A stretch of 15,517 nt of DNA from an uncultured Gammaproteobacteria bacterium. Its GTDB lineage: Bacteria; Pseudomonadota; Gammaproteobacteria; DRLM01. The translations under genes were made by a program, and so were the position numbers. The notes under the pieces are model-generated. The model ran no database searches and had not been told where the DNA came from. It worked only from the letters and a program-made list of their open reading frames with translations. Positions 1-9,778 of this stretch are shown here, in pieces; positions within the stretch are counted from its first letter, which is position 1; each line of letters opens with the position of its first letter. Location of the stretch: NCBI GenBank assembly GCA_963729605.1, contig CAVSNY010000001.1:1-15517 (forward strand), in the 5' to 3' direction.

Positions 1-1123
1 CAATTTAATATCCTCAAAAAACTTCTTCACGCCCTCGAACCAGCCTTTGGCCTTGGGGCTATGGCTGTGTTCTTTCTCTTAAGACGAGTTTCGAATTCGC
101 GCAGCAGGGTTTTCTGCTTGTCGTTCAGATGAACCGGGGTTTCCACCACCACGCGGCACATCAAATCGCCCACGCCACCGCCGTGCACCGATGACACGCC
201 TTTAGCGCGCAGGCGGAACATCTGGCCGGACTGGGTTTCGGCGGCAATTTTTAATTTCACGCGGCCGTAGAAGTGGCGGCTTCCAGTTCGCCGCCCAAGG
301 CGGCGGTGGCGAAGCTGATAGGAACTTCGCAATAAAGATTATTTTCCTCGCGGGTGAATATCGCGTGGTCTTTTACTTTGACGTAGACGTATAAATCGCC
401 GGCCGGTCCGCCGTGCTCGCCAGCCTCGCCCTCGCCCGCCAAACGAATGCGGTCGCCGTTGTCGACGCCGGGCGAGAATCTTCACCGACAAGGTCTTGTG
501 CTCCTGCACGCGGCCTTGGCCATGACAGGTTTTGCCGGGGTTTTCGATGATGCTGCCGCTACCGCGGCAACGCGGGCAGGTCTGCTGCAAGGAAAAGAAG
601 CCCTGCTGCATGCGCACTTGGCCGACGCCGCCGCAGGTGGTGCACTTTACCGGTCCGCTGCCTTTCGCGGCGCCCGAACCATCGCAGGTTTTGCAACCCA
701 CCAGTGTCGGCACGCGGATTTTCACCGAAGTGCCATGCACCGCTTCTTCCAAGGTCAGCTCGAGGTTGTCACGCAGATCGGCGCCGCGCCGCACGCCGGA
801 CTGTGACCACCGCCGCGCATGCCGCCAAAGATGTCGCCAAAGATATCGCCGAACACGTCGTTGAAATTCGCCCCGCCGCCCGCGCCGCCACCGCCCGCAC
901 TAGGATCGACGCCGGCGTGGCCGAATTGATCGTAGCCCGCGCTTGCGCGCGTCGGATCACTTCGTAGGCTTCCTTAGCCTCTTTGAATTGCTCTTCGGCC
1001 TTGGCGTCATCGGGATTGCGGTCGGGATGGATTCATGGCCAGACGCCGGTAAGCCTTCTTCAACTCCGCATCGCTGGCGTTGCGGGCCACTCCCAATACT
1101 TCGTAGTAATCTCTCTTGCTCAT
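1..1123 (-). CDS. dnaJ: Chaperone DnaJ, broken by at least 6 frameshifts (probably sequencing errors); stop codon lies just outside the window
   Basis: ATG at 1123 reads [30 protein letters not shown]; HPDRNP appears after a frameshift; G/F-rich region ([15 protein letters not shown]); CxxCxGxG repeats ([24 protein letters not shown]); [12 protein letters not shown]; C-terminus [15 protein letters not shown] reaches base 1; downstream of dnaK. Confidence 0.93.
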
Positions 1124-1164
1124 TGTTTTAACTACACGCGAATGCCGCGATCCTCGCTACTGGT

Positions 1165-1201
1165 AAAACCACGGGGGCGCACTGTAAACAGCCGCCCCCG
1201 T
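1165..1201 (-). terminator. Putative terminator/attenuator hairpin between dnaK and dnaJ
   Basis: 9-bp perfect inverted repeat ACGGGGGCG (1171-1179) / CGCCCCCGT (1193-1201), followed on the minus strand by GGTTTT (weak U-tract). Confidence 0.45.
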
Positions 1202-1312
1202 CTCTCGATATTCACCTCGATATGAGGCGCATTATCAACCCGCTTTCAAAATATAGCGTCTCATCCTGGTGGACGTGGAGAAGAAAAACGCATCGATGAT
1301 TGCTTTCATCCA

Positions 1313-1357
1313 CTCCCCCTCTCCCTGACCCTGTCCCGTTGGGAGAGGGGACGAGGG
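1313..1357. repeat. BoxC/REP-like extragenic palindrome
   Basis: CCCCTCTCCC (1316-1325)-TGACCCTGTCCCGTT-GGGAGAGGGG (1341-1350), a pyrimidine/purine-asymmetric 10-bp inverted repeat resembling BoxC-type CCCTC..CCCTCTCCC..GGGAGAGGG repeats. Confidence 0.55.
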
Positions 1358-1399
1358 CGGCATTGTTGGTGGCGCGCTCGTCAACGCCGGGGCAATAAC

Positions 1400-3357
<1,958 letters not shown>

Positions 3358-3408
3358 CTAAAGTGAATTCATCATCAGGACCGCGCGCGGCCCGTCTATT
3401 ACCCTGTA

Positions 3409-3436
3409 AAGTGGGGTGTATGAAAACTATTTCAAG
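3409..3436 (-). promoter_or_regulatory. Sigma32 (RpoH)-type promoter of dnaK
   Basis: Minus strand CTTGAA (3436-3431)-14 nt-CCCCACTT (3416-3409), matching consensus CTTGAA-N13/14-CCCCATNT upstream of dnaK. Confidence 0.8.
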
Positions 3437-3439
3437 CCC

Positions 3440-4018
3440 TTAAGGGCTATTCCGTTCTTCCACGGCACGGGATACCACCACCATGGCCGGACGGAGAAGG
3501 CGGTCGTTCAAGGTGTAACCCTTTTGATACACCGTGAGCACGGTGTTGGGTTCCACGTCGCTGGTTTCCTGCATGGCCATGGCCTGATGCAGCTCGGGAT
3601 TGAACTTATCGCCCTTGGGCTCGACGGCCTTCACCCCGAACTTTTCCAGGGCGTTCCCGAAGACCTTGAGGGTCAGTTCCATCCCCTCGCGGATTTTGCC
3701 GAGATCGGACTGTTCCCCCTCGGTCGCCGCCAAACCCAATTCCAGGCTGTCCCTGACCGGCAGCAGTTCGCGGACAAATTTTTCAAGGGCGTATTTGTGG
3801 GCGCTTTCGACGTCGCGCTCGGCGCGGCGGCGGACATTCTCGGTCTCGGCCCGCGCCAGCAGCAATTGATTCCAGTGTTGATCGGCCTTGGCCTGAGCGT
3901 CTTGCAGGGTGATCAGCAATTGTTCGTGGGATGGGTCCTGCCCCGCGACGCCCGCCGTGGTCGAGGTATCCTCGGCCGTCCCGGCCGCGTGCTTGTTTGC
4001 CTGGTCTTCGTTATTCAT
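3440..4018 (-). CDS. grpE: Nucleotide exchange factor GrpE (192 aa)
   Basis: [54 protein letters not shown]; ATG at 4018 preceded by GGAGAG; lies between hrcA and dnaK. Confidence 0.96.
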   Translation of the reverse strand: MNNEDQANKHAAGTAEDTSTTAGVAGQDPSHEQLLITLQDAQAKADQHWNQLLLARAETENVRRRAERDVESAHKYALEKFVRELLPVRDSLELGLAATEGEQSDLGKIREGMELTLKVFGNALEKFGVKAVEPKGDKFNPELHQAMAMQETSDVEPNTVLTVYQKGYTLNDRLLRPAMVVVSRAVEERNSP

Positions 4019-4093
4019 CCGTCTCTCCACTGCCTGTGTTGATGGCCCCGCGCCGCCCATAGCAAACGGCGCCGCCGCCGGACCTGGCTTTCG

Positions 4094-4121
4094 ATATAAG
4101 GCTTATTGACGGGAATTCAAG
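4094..4121 (-). promoter_or_regulatory. Putative sigma32-type promoter of grpE overlapping the hrcA 3' end
   Basis: Minus strand CTTGAA (4121-4116)-14 nt-CCTTATAT (4101-4094); same -35 and spacing as the dnaK promoter, weaker -10. Confidence 0.6.
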
Positions 4122-5140
4122 GCGGCCCCGAGCAATTTGGCGGTGACGTCCACGATGGGAATCACCCGGTCATAGGCCATGCGGGTCGGCCCGATCACCC
4201 CCAGGACGCCGATGACCTTGCCGTCCACCTCGTAGGGCGCGGTGACCAGGCTGCAATTGCCCAGCACGGCGTAGCCCGATTCGTCGCCGATGAAGATTTG
4301 CACGCCTTTGCTGCCGAGGCATTGGTCGAGCAGATGCAATAAATCGCGTTTTTCGGCGAAAACCTCGAATAATTGCCGCAAAGCGTTGACGTTGGAAAAC
4401 TCGGAGAACCCCATGAGATTGGTCTGTCCCGCCAGCACGTAGTCGCGTTGTTCGGCGCTGCGCTGCGCCTCATCGGCCAGGTTCATCGCCGCCTGCAAGA
4501 GCGAGGTCGCGTTGTCCTTGGCCTCCCGCATGGCCTGCACCACGCCCTGCCGCATCTCGTCGAAGGTCTTGCCGCGAAACTGGCTGTTGAGGTAGTTGGC
4601 CGCCTGCGTCAGCTCGGCCGCGGCGAAGGGCCGGCCGGTGTGGATCACGTGATTTTGCACCTCGCTATCATTGATAACGAAGATCGCCAGCACCCGGTTC
4701 TCGGACAGGCTGACGAATTCGACCTGCCGCAACACCGCCCGCTCCGGCCGCGGCACGGTCACCAGCCCCGCCATGCGGGTGACGCCGGACAACAGGCGCG
4801 AGGCGCGCTCCACCAGGCCGGGCCGCGCGCCTTCCGGCTCCAGTTGATGGCGGAGCCGCTGCACCTCCTCGCTTTCCAGCAACTGGACCTGCAACAAGGA
4901 GTTGACGAAGACCCGGTACCCTTGCGCGGTGGGCACCCGCCCCGCCGAGGTGTGGGGCGAGGTCACCAGGCCCAGTTCCTCCAGATCCGCCATCACGTTG
5001 CGGATCGAGGCAGGGCTGAGGTCCAGGTCCGAGCTGCGCGCCAAACTGCGCGAACCCACGGGCTGACCGTCGCGTATATAACACTCGACCAGGGTCTTGA
5101 GCAGTTGTTGCGCGCGTTCGTTAAGCTCGTTGGAACTCAC
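4103..5140 (-). CDS. hrcA: Heat-inducible transcription repressor HrcA (345 aa, GTG start)
   Basis: YIRDGQPVGSRSL, SPASIRNVMADLEELG, PHTSAGRVPTAQGYR, GVLGVIGPTRMAY; upstream of grpE; adjacent CIRCE. Confidence 0.96.
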   Translation of the reverse strand: MSSNELNERAQQLLKTLVECYIRDGQPVGSRSLARSSDLDLSPASIRNVMADLEELGLVTSPHTSAGRVPTAQGYRVFVNSLLQVQLLESEEVQRLRHQLEPEGARPGLVERASRLLSGVTRMAGLVTVPRPERAVLRQVEFVSLSENRVLAIFVINDSEVQNHVIHTGRPFAAAELTQAANYLNSQFRGKTFDEMRQGVVQAMREAKDNATSLLQAAMNLADEAQRSAEQRDYVLAGQTNLMGFSEFSNVNALRQLFEVFAEKRDLLHLLDQCLGSKGVQIFIGDESGYAVLGNCSLVTAPYEVDGKVIGVLGVIGPTRMAYDRVIPIVDVTAKLLGAALNSRQ

Positions 5141-5176
5141 AGCCCGTCCCGATAATAGAAAATAGCCATGACCTAT

Positions 5177-5203
5177 TTAGCACTCTTCCGCACGGAGTGC
5201 TAA
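5177..5203. promoter_or_regulatory. CIRCE operator (HrcA binding site)
   Basis: Perfect TTAGCACTC-N9-GAGTGCTAA, 36 nt upstream of the hrcA start. Confidence 0.95.
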
Positions 5204-5206
5204 CAC

Positions 5207-5236
5207 AAACTAGCAATCCACCCGAATTTCTGTCAA
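5207..5236 (-). promoter_or_regulatory. Sigma70-type promoter of hrcA
   Basis: Minus strand TTGACA (5236-5231)-18 nt-TAGTTT (5212-5207) with TGn extension; the predicted start site falls in the CIRCE. Confidence 0.65.
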
Positions 5237-5352
5237 GAAACCCGCCCGATGCGACGTGGCCGGCGCGAGACCGTCCACCGGACTCGCCGCGCGCGCCGGC
5301 GTTGGCGGCGGCGGGAGGGCGTGCTAAGTTAGCGAGCCAACAGGAGCAGGGC

Positions 5353-6234
5353 ATGTCCAGTCAATTCAAAGTCATCGGGCTGATAGGAAAATATGGCGAT
5401 CCGGGCATCGCGCCGACCCTGGCCGCCATGGCGGGGTTTCTCGCCGATCGCCAGTTGCGCGTACTCCTGGACGAGGAAACCGCCAGCACCCTGCCCGGCC
5501 ACGGCCTCACCACCGCCAGCCGCGCGGAGATCGGAAAAAATTGCGACTTGGCGGTGGTCATCGGCGGCGACGGCACCCTGCTCAACGCGGTGCGCAGCCT
5601 GGCGGACTTCGGCATCCCGGTGGTGGGCATCAATCTGGGCCGGCTGGGTTTCCTCGCCGACATCTCCCCCTCCGACATGCTGGAATGCATGAGCGAGATC
5701 CTCGCCGGCCGCTACTGCGCGGAAGACCGTTTTCTGCTGCATGCGGATATCCGCCGCGACGGCGAGCTGCTGCACAGCAGCGATGCCTTCAACGACGTGG
5801 TCGTCCACAAATGGAATATGTTGCGGATGATCGAGTTCGAGACCCACGTCAACGGCCAATTCATGGACGTGCAGCGTTCCGACGGCCTCATCGTCTCCAC
5901 CCCGACCGGCTCCACCGCGTATGCCTTGTCGGGCGGCGGCCCGATATTGATGCCCACCCTCAACGCCATCTCCCTGGTGCCGATTTGCCCGCACACCTTG
6001 AGCAACCGACCGGTGGTGGTGGACGGCGACAGCCGTATCGAGATCGTGGTGCGCGACTGCAAACAGACCCACGCCCAATTGACCTGCGACGGCCAAAGCA
6101 ATTTCAGCCTGCTGGACGGCGACCACATCATGATCCACAAAAAAGAGCGATTGATCCGCTTGATCCACCCGGCCAATCACGACTACTTTCACATCCTGCG
6201 CGCCAAGCTGCGCTGGGGTTCGAAAGGCGAATGA
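5353..6234 (+). CDS. nadK: NAD(+) kinase (293 aa)
   Basis: GGDGT motif, GINLGRLGFL, NDVVV, DGLIVSTPTGSTAYALSGGGPI, LRAKLRWG; ATG at 5353 after AGGAG; upstream of recN. Confidence 0.96.
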   Translation: MSSQFKVIGLIGKYGDPGIAPTLAAMAGFLADRQLRVLLDEETASTLPGHGLTTASRAEIGKNCDLAVVIGGDGTLLNAVRSLADFGIPVVGINLGRLGFLADISPSDMLECMSEILAGRYCAEDRFLLHADIRRDGELLHSSDAFNDVVVHKWNMLRMIEFETHVNGQFMDVQRSDGLIVSTPTGSTAYALSGGGPILMPTLNAISLVPICPHTLSNRPVVVDGDSRIEIVVRDCKQTHAQLTCDGQSNFSLLDGDHIMIHKKERLIRLIHPANHDYFHILRAKLRWGSKGE

Positions 6235-6271
6235 ACGGGCGCGGCCTCACCTTCACCACCACACACTCTTT

Positions 6272-7948
6272 ATGCTGACCCATCTGCACATCCGCGACTT
6301 CGCCATCATCGACGAACTGGAATTGGACCTCACCGCCGGCATGACCGCCCTCACCGGCGAGACCGGCGCCGGCAAATCGATTTTGGCGGACGCCCTGGGC
6401 CTTGCCCTCGGCGATCGCGCCGACAGCGGCGTGGTGCGCCACGGCCGCGAACGCGCCGAGATCAGCGCCAGCTTCGACATCACCGCCCTCGCCCCGCTGC
6501 AAACCTGGCTGGCCGAACAAGGTTTGGACGCCGACGGCGAATGCGTGGTGCGCCGCCTGATCACCAGCGAGGGCCGCTCGCGGGGTTTCATCAACGGCCA
6601 GGCCGTACCCATGCTGACCCTGCAACAATTGGGCGAGTGGCTGGTGGACATCCACGGCCAGCATGAACACCAATCTTTGTTGCGGCGCGAAGTGCAGCGC
6701 GAGCTGCTGGACGACTATGCGGAACACGGCCCGTTATTGAGCGAACTCGCCGCCTGCTTTCAGCGCTGGAAATCGCTCAGCGAACAACTGACCCAATTGC
6801 GCGCCGCCGCCGACAGCCGCGACGCCCGCCTCGATCTCCTGCGTTATCAAGTGAACGAACTCGATGTCCTGGCGCCGAGCGCAGGCGAAATCGCGCAACT
6901 GGAAGAAGAACACCGCCGACTCCATCACGCCCAGCGTTTGCTGGACACCTCGCAACAGGTGCTGGATCAACTCTACGAAAACGACGGCGCCCTGGTGAGC
7001 GGCCTCAATCAGCAGACTCACGAACTGGAACAACTGCTGCGTTACGACCCCCGCCTCGCGCCGCCGCTGCAACTCATGCGCGAAGCGACCATTCAACTCA
7101 GCGAGGCGGCCGGTGAATTGCGCGACTATCTCGCCGGCCTCGAACTCGATCCGCACCGGCTCGTCGAGGTGGAAGAACGGCTCAACGCTCTGCATGACTT
7201 CGCCCGCAAACACCGCGTCCAGCCGGAAGAATTGCCGGCCCTGCACGCGCGGCTGAGCGAGGAATTGGCGACACTGCAAAACAGCGGCGCGCAATTGGAG
7301 AACCTGGCGGCGGAGGCGCGCCGGCAGCAGGATCATTACCGGCAACTGGCGCAACGCCTCAGCACGGGCCGCGCCAAGGCGGCGCAGGCGCTATCGACCG
7401 CGGTGACGAGCCGTCTACCCGAACTGGGCATGCCCGGCGGGTGTTTCAGCATCGTGCTGAACGCGCGCGCGGACGACGACTTCGCCGCCACCGGCATGGA
7501 ACAGGTGGAGTTTCAGGTCAGCGCCAACCCCGGCCAGCCGCCGCGCCCGCTGGCCAAGGTCGCTTCGGGCGGCGAACTGTCGCGGATCAGCCTGGCCATC
7601 CAAGTGGTGACCAGCCGCTGCCTGCGGGTGCCGACCCTGGTGTTCGATGAAGTGGACGTGGGCATCGGCGGCGGCGTGGCGGAGATCGTCGGCAAACAAT
7701 TGCGCGCGCTGGGCGGCTCGCATCAGGTGTTGTGCATCACCCATCTGCCGCAGGTCGCCGCCCTCGCCCATCAACACCTGCAAGTGCGCAAACGCAGCAC
7801 CGGCGACGGCACGACGACCACCATCGCCCGGCTCGGCGACGCGGAGCGTTACGAGGAAATCGCCCGCATGCTGGGCGGCGTGGAGATCACCAAACAGACC
7901 CGCGCCCATGCGCGGGAGATGGTCGCCCGCGCCCGCGATCCCGCCTGA
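6272..7948 (+). CDS. recN: DNA repair protein RecN (558 aa)
   Basis: Walker A TGETGAGKS, DIHGQHEHQSL, long coiled coil, ASGGELSR, Walker B LVFDEVDVGIGG, ITHLPQVAA. Confidence 0.97.
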   Translation: MLTHLHIRDFAIIDELELDLTAGMTALTGETGAGKSILADALGLALGDRADSGVVRHGRERAEISASFDITALAPLQTWLAEQGLDADGECVVRRLITSEGRSRGFINGQAVPMLTLQQLGEWLVDIHGQHEHQSLLRREVQRELLDDYAEHGPLLSELAACFQRWKSLSEQLTQLRAAADSRDARLDLLRYQVNELDVLAPSAGEIAQLEEEHRRLHHAQRLLDTSQQVLDQLYENDGALVSGLNQQTHELEQLLRYDPRLAPPLQLMREATIQLSEAAGELRDYLAGLELDPHRLVEVEERLNALHDFARKHRVQPEELPALHARLSEELATLQNSGAQLENLAAEARRQQDHYRQLAQRLSTGRAKAAQALSTAVTSRLPELGMPGGCFSIVLNARADDDFAATGMEQVEFQVSANPGQPPRPLAKVASGGELSRISLAIQVVTSRCLRVPTLVFDEVDVGIGGGVAEIVGKQLRALGGSHQVLCITHLPQVAALAHQHLQVRKRSTGDGTTTTIARLGDAERYEEIARMLGGVEITKQTRAHAREMVARARDPA

Positions 7949-7958
7949 ATCATTTCGA

Positions 7959-8390
7959 TTATTTTCTCGCGGCCTTTTCTTTGGCCTGGCAGTCGGCGCA
8001 TTTGCCGTAGATGTTGAGGGCATGGTCGGTCATCGCGTAACCGAATTTTTTGGCGATGGCGCGTTGCCGCTCCTCGATGGTCTCGTCGATGAATTCATCC
8101 ACCTTGCCGCAGGACACGCAGACGATGTGGTCGTGGTGTTTGCCCTCGTTGAGCTCGAACACCGCGTGGCCGCCTTCGAAGTGATGACGGGTCACCAGGC
8201 CCGCCGCCTCGAATTGGGTCAGAACCCGGTAGACCGTAGCCAAGCCCACGTCGTCGCCGCTCTCCAGCAGGGATTTGTAGACGTCCTCGGCGCGCATGTG
8301 CAGGTCGGACTTCTGCTCCAAGATTTCCAAAATCTTGAGGCGGGGCAAGGTGGCCTTGAGACCGGCCTTTTTTAGATCGCTGCTTTCCAC
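7959..8390 (-). CDS. fur: Ferric uptake regulator Fur (143 aa, GTG start)
   Basis: LKKAGLKATLPRLKIL, GLATVYRVLTQFE, HHDHIVCVSCG, C-terminal CxxC; conserved recN/fur/bamE context. Confidence 0.95.
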   Translation of the reverse strand: MESSDLKKAGLKATLPRLKILEILEQKSDLHMRAEDVYKSLLESGDDVGLATVYRVLTQFEAAGLVTRHHFEGGHAVFELNEGKHHDHIVCVSCGKVDEFIDETIEERQRAIAKKFGYAMTDHALNIYGKCADCQAKEKAARK

Positions 8391-8493
8391 TGAAGATCAT
8401 CCTCTGACTGGGCGCGGGGCCATGACACAGCCGCCTCGATTCGGTTACCATGACCGGGCTCGAGCGGCCATTATCATTCAAATGCGAACCCAC

Positions 8494-8850
8494 ATGCAAA
8501 AGCTTGTCATATATCTCAGTCTCTGTACGGTCTTGGCCCTCTCGGCCTGCACCATCCACCGGCCCACCGTACAGCAAGGCAATGTGCTGGACAGCGCGGC
8601 GCTGGCGCAGTTGAAACCGGGCTTGAGCAAACGCCAAGCCAGATTCATCCTCGGCAATCCGGTGCTCAGCGATCCCTTTCACGCCGACCGCTGGGATTAT
8701 GTGTATTGGCTGAAATCCAAGGGCGAAAAACCGACGCGCCAGCATCTGACGCTGTTTTTCGAAAACGATACCCTGAGCCGCATGGCACAGGAAGGCGTGA
8801 CGCTCCCGTCCGCCGCCGCGCCGCAGAATGATCAGGAAATCTCTGAATAA
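8494..8850 (+). CDS. bamE: Outer membrane protein assembly lipoprotein BamE (SmpA/OmlA), 118 aa
   Basis: Signal peptide with lipobox LSAC; QQGN, LKPGLSKRQARFILGNP, DPFHADRWDYVY; divergent from fur. Confidence 0.93.
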   Translation: MQKLVIYLSLCTVLALSACTIHRPTVQQGNVLDSAALAQLKPGLSKRQARFILGNPVLSDPFHADRWDYVYWLKSKGEKPTRQHLTLFFENDTLSRMAQEGVTLPSAAAPQNDQEISE

Positions 8851-8989
8851 TTCCCTCCCGCGCGCTCAGCGCGCGGAAAGCGAAAAAGGTCATTTTCGCT
8901 TTCCTGCATGTTCAAAGGCCAATCGCCCTTGAACATGGCGGCGCATCCCCGTGCCGCGGGAAACTCTGAATAAACCGGAAACTCCTTAG
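8832..8989. mobile_element. Putative degenerate MITE / structured intergenic repeat
   Basis: Four consecutive hairpins (8858-8876, 8875-8904, 8907-8937, 8938-8957) bracketed by CTCTGAATAA copies (8841-8850, 8964-8973); ends resemble IS5-subgroup terminal repeats; flanked by TCAG/TTAG. Confidence 0.45.
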
Positions 8990-9330
8990 CCGGCGCCTCC
9001 CGCCGGCGGCACATTACCGCCGCCCTTCTTCATTCGTTTACCCGCCGCGGCGCGCTGTTTGCGCACCTCTTTGGGATCGGCGATCAGCGCGCGGTAAATC
9101 TCCACGCGATCTCCGGCGCGCAGGGGCGTATCGAGTTTGGCGAGTCTGCCGAACACGCCCACTTTGTTCAGCGTAAGATCGATCTCGGGAAAGCGCCGCA
9201 ACACGCCGGACAAATCGATGGCCTGCCGCAGCGTCGCGCCGCGCGGCGCCTGCACGGCGAGGATCACTTGCAGATCGGGCCGCGCATAGGCCACTTCCAC
9301 GCTGATCCGTTCAACGCTGTCCGTAGACAT
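8986..9330 (-). CDS. rnfH: RnfH/RatB family ubiquitin-like protein (114 aa)
   Basis: ISVEVAYARPD, AIDLSGVL, KVGVFGRL, GDRVEIYRALIADPKEVRKQRA; overlaps the ratA 3' end. Confidence 0.9.
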   Translation of the reverse strand: MSTDSVERISVEVAYARPDLQVILAVQAPRGATLRQAIDLSGVLRRFPEIDLTLNKVGVFGRLAKLDTPLRAGDRVEIYRALIADPKEVRKQRAAAGKRMKKGGGNVPPAGGAG

Positions 9331-9748
9331 CCACCGCCCGTTTGCAAAATGAATCCACCAGGGTGTTGGCGATCTGATTGAAGATCGGACCCATGGCCAG
9401 CCCCACCAGCTTATTGGCGAATTCAAAGTCGAGATCCAGCGACACCTTGCAGGCCTGCTCGCCGAGGGACTCGAAGCGCCAAAAACCGTCCAAGTGCCGG
9501 AACGGGCCTTCCACCAGCCGCATTTCGATCATCTTGTTTTTCTGCAGGCGATTGCAGGTGGTGAAGGATTTTTCAAAGCCGCCGCGCGCCAGTTCCAAGG
9601 TGGCGCGCACCTCGTCTTCATCGCGGCTCAACACCCGCGAGGTCTTGCACCACGGCAAAAATTGCGGATAGGCATCCACGTCGTTCACCAGCGAATACAT
9701 TTCCGCCGGACTGTACGGCACCAGGGCACTGCGATTAATAATGGGCAT
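9311..9748 (-). CDS. ratA: RatA/PasT (Coq10-like START domain) protein (145 aa)
   Basis: SALVPYSPAEMYSLVNDVDAYPQFLPWC, LVEGPFRHLDGFWRF, LVDSFCKRA; ratA-ratB pair near smpB. Confidence 0.93.
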   Translation of the reverse strand: MPIINRSALVPYSPAEMYSLVNDVDAYPQFLPWCKTSRVLSRDEDEVRATLELARGGFEKSFTTCNRLQKNKMIEMRLVEGPFRHLDGFWRFESLGEQACKVSLDLDFEFANKLVGLAMGPIFNQIANTLVDSFCKRAVDVYGQR

Positions 9749-9778
9749 ACGGTATACAACTGCGGTTAGGCAACGAAG

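Noticed and set aside
5301-5333. Second CIRCE before nadK (GCGTGCTAA half-site)
   Set aside because: No matching left half at 9-nt spacing; better read as an extended -10 (TGcTAAGTT).
5197-5352. 52-aa N-terminal extension of NadK
   Set aside because: It starts inside the CIRCE/promoter region; ATG 5353 has an AGGAG RBS and gives a typical length.
6235-6271. LexA box upstream of recN
   Set aside because: No CTGT-N8-ACAG in the 37-nt spacer.
8465-8485. Fur box between fur and bamE (CATTATCATT)
   Set aside because: Only about half of the 19-bp box matches; equally explained as a GATAAT -10 element of the fur promoter.
8986-9748. ratA-ratB as a novel toxin-antitoxin system
   Set aside because: Conserved core pair; RatA is a Coq10-like protein linked to respiration, and its toxin-antitoxin status is disputed.
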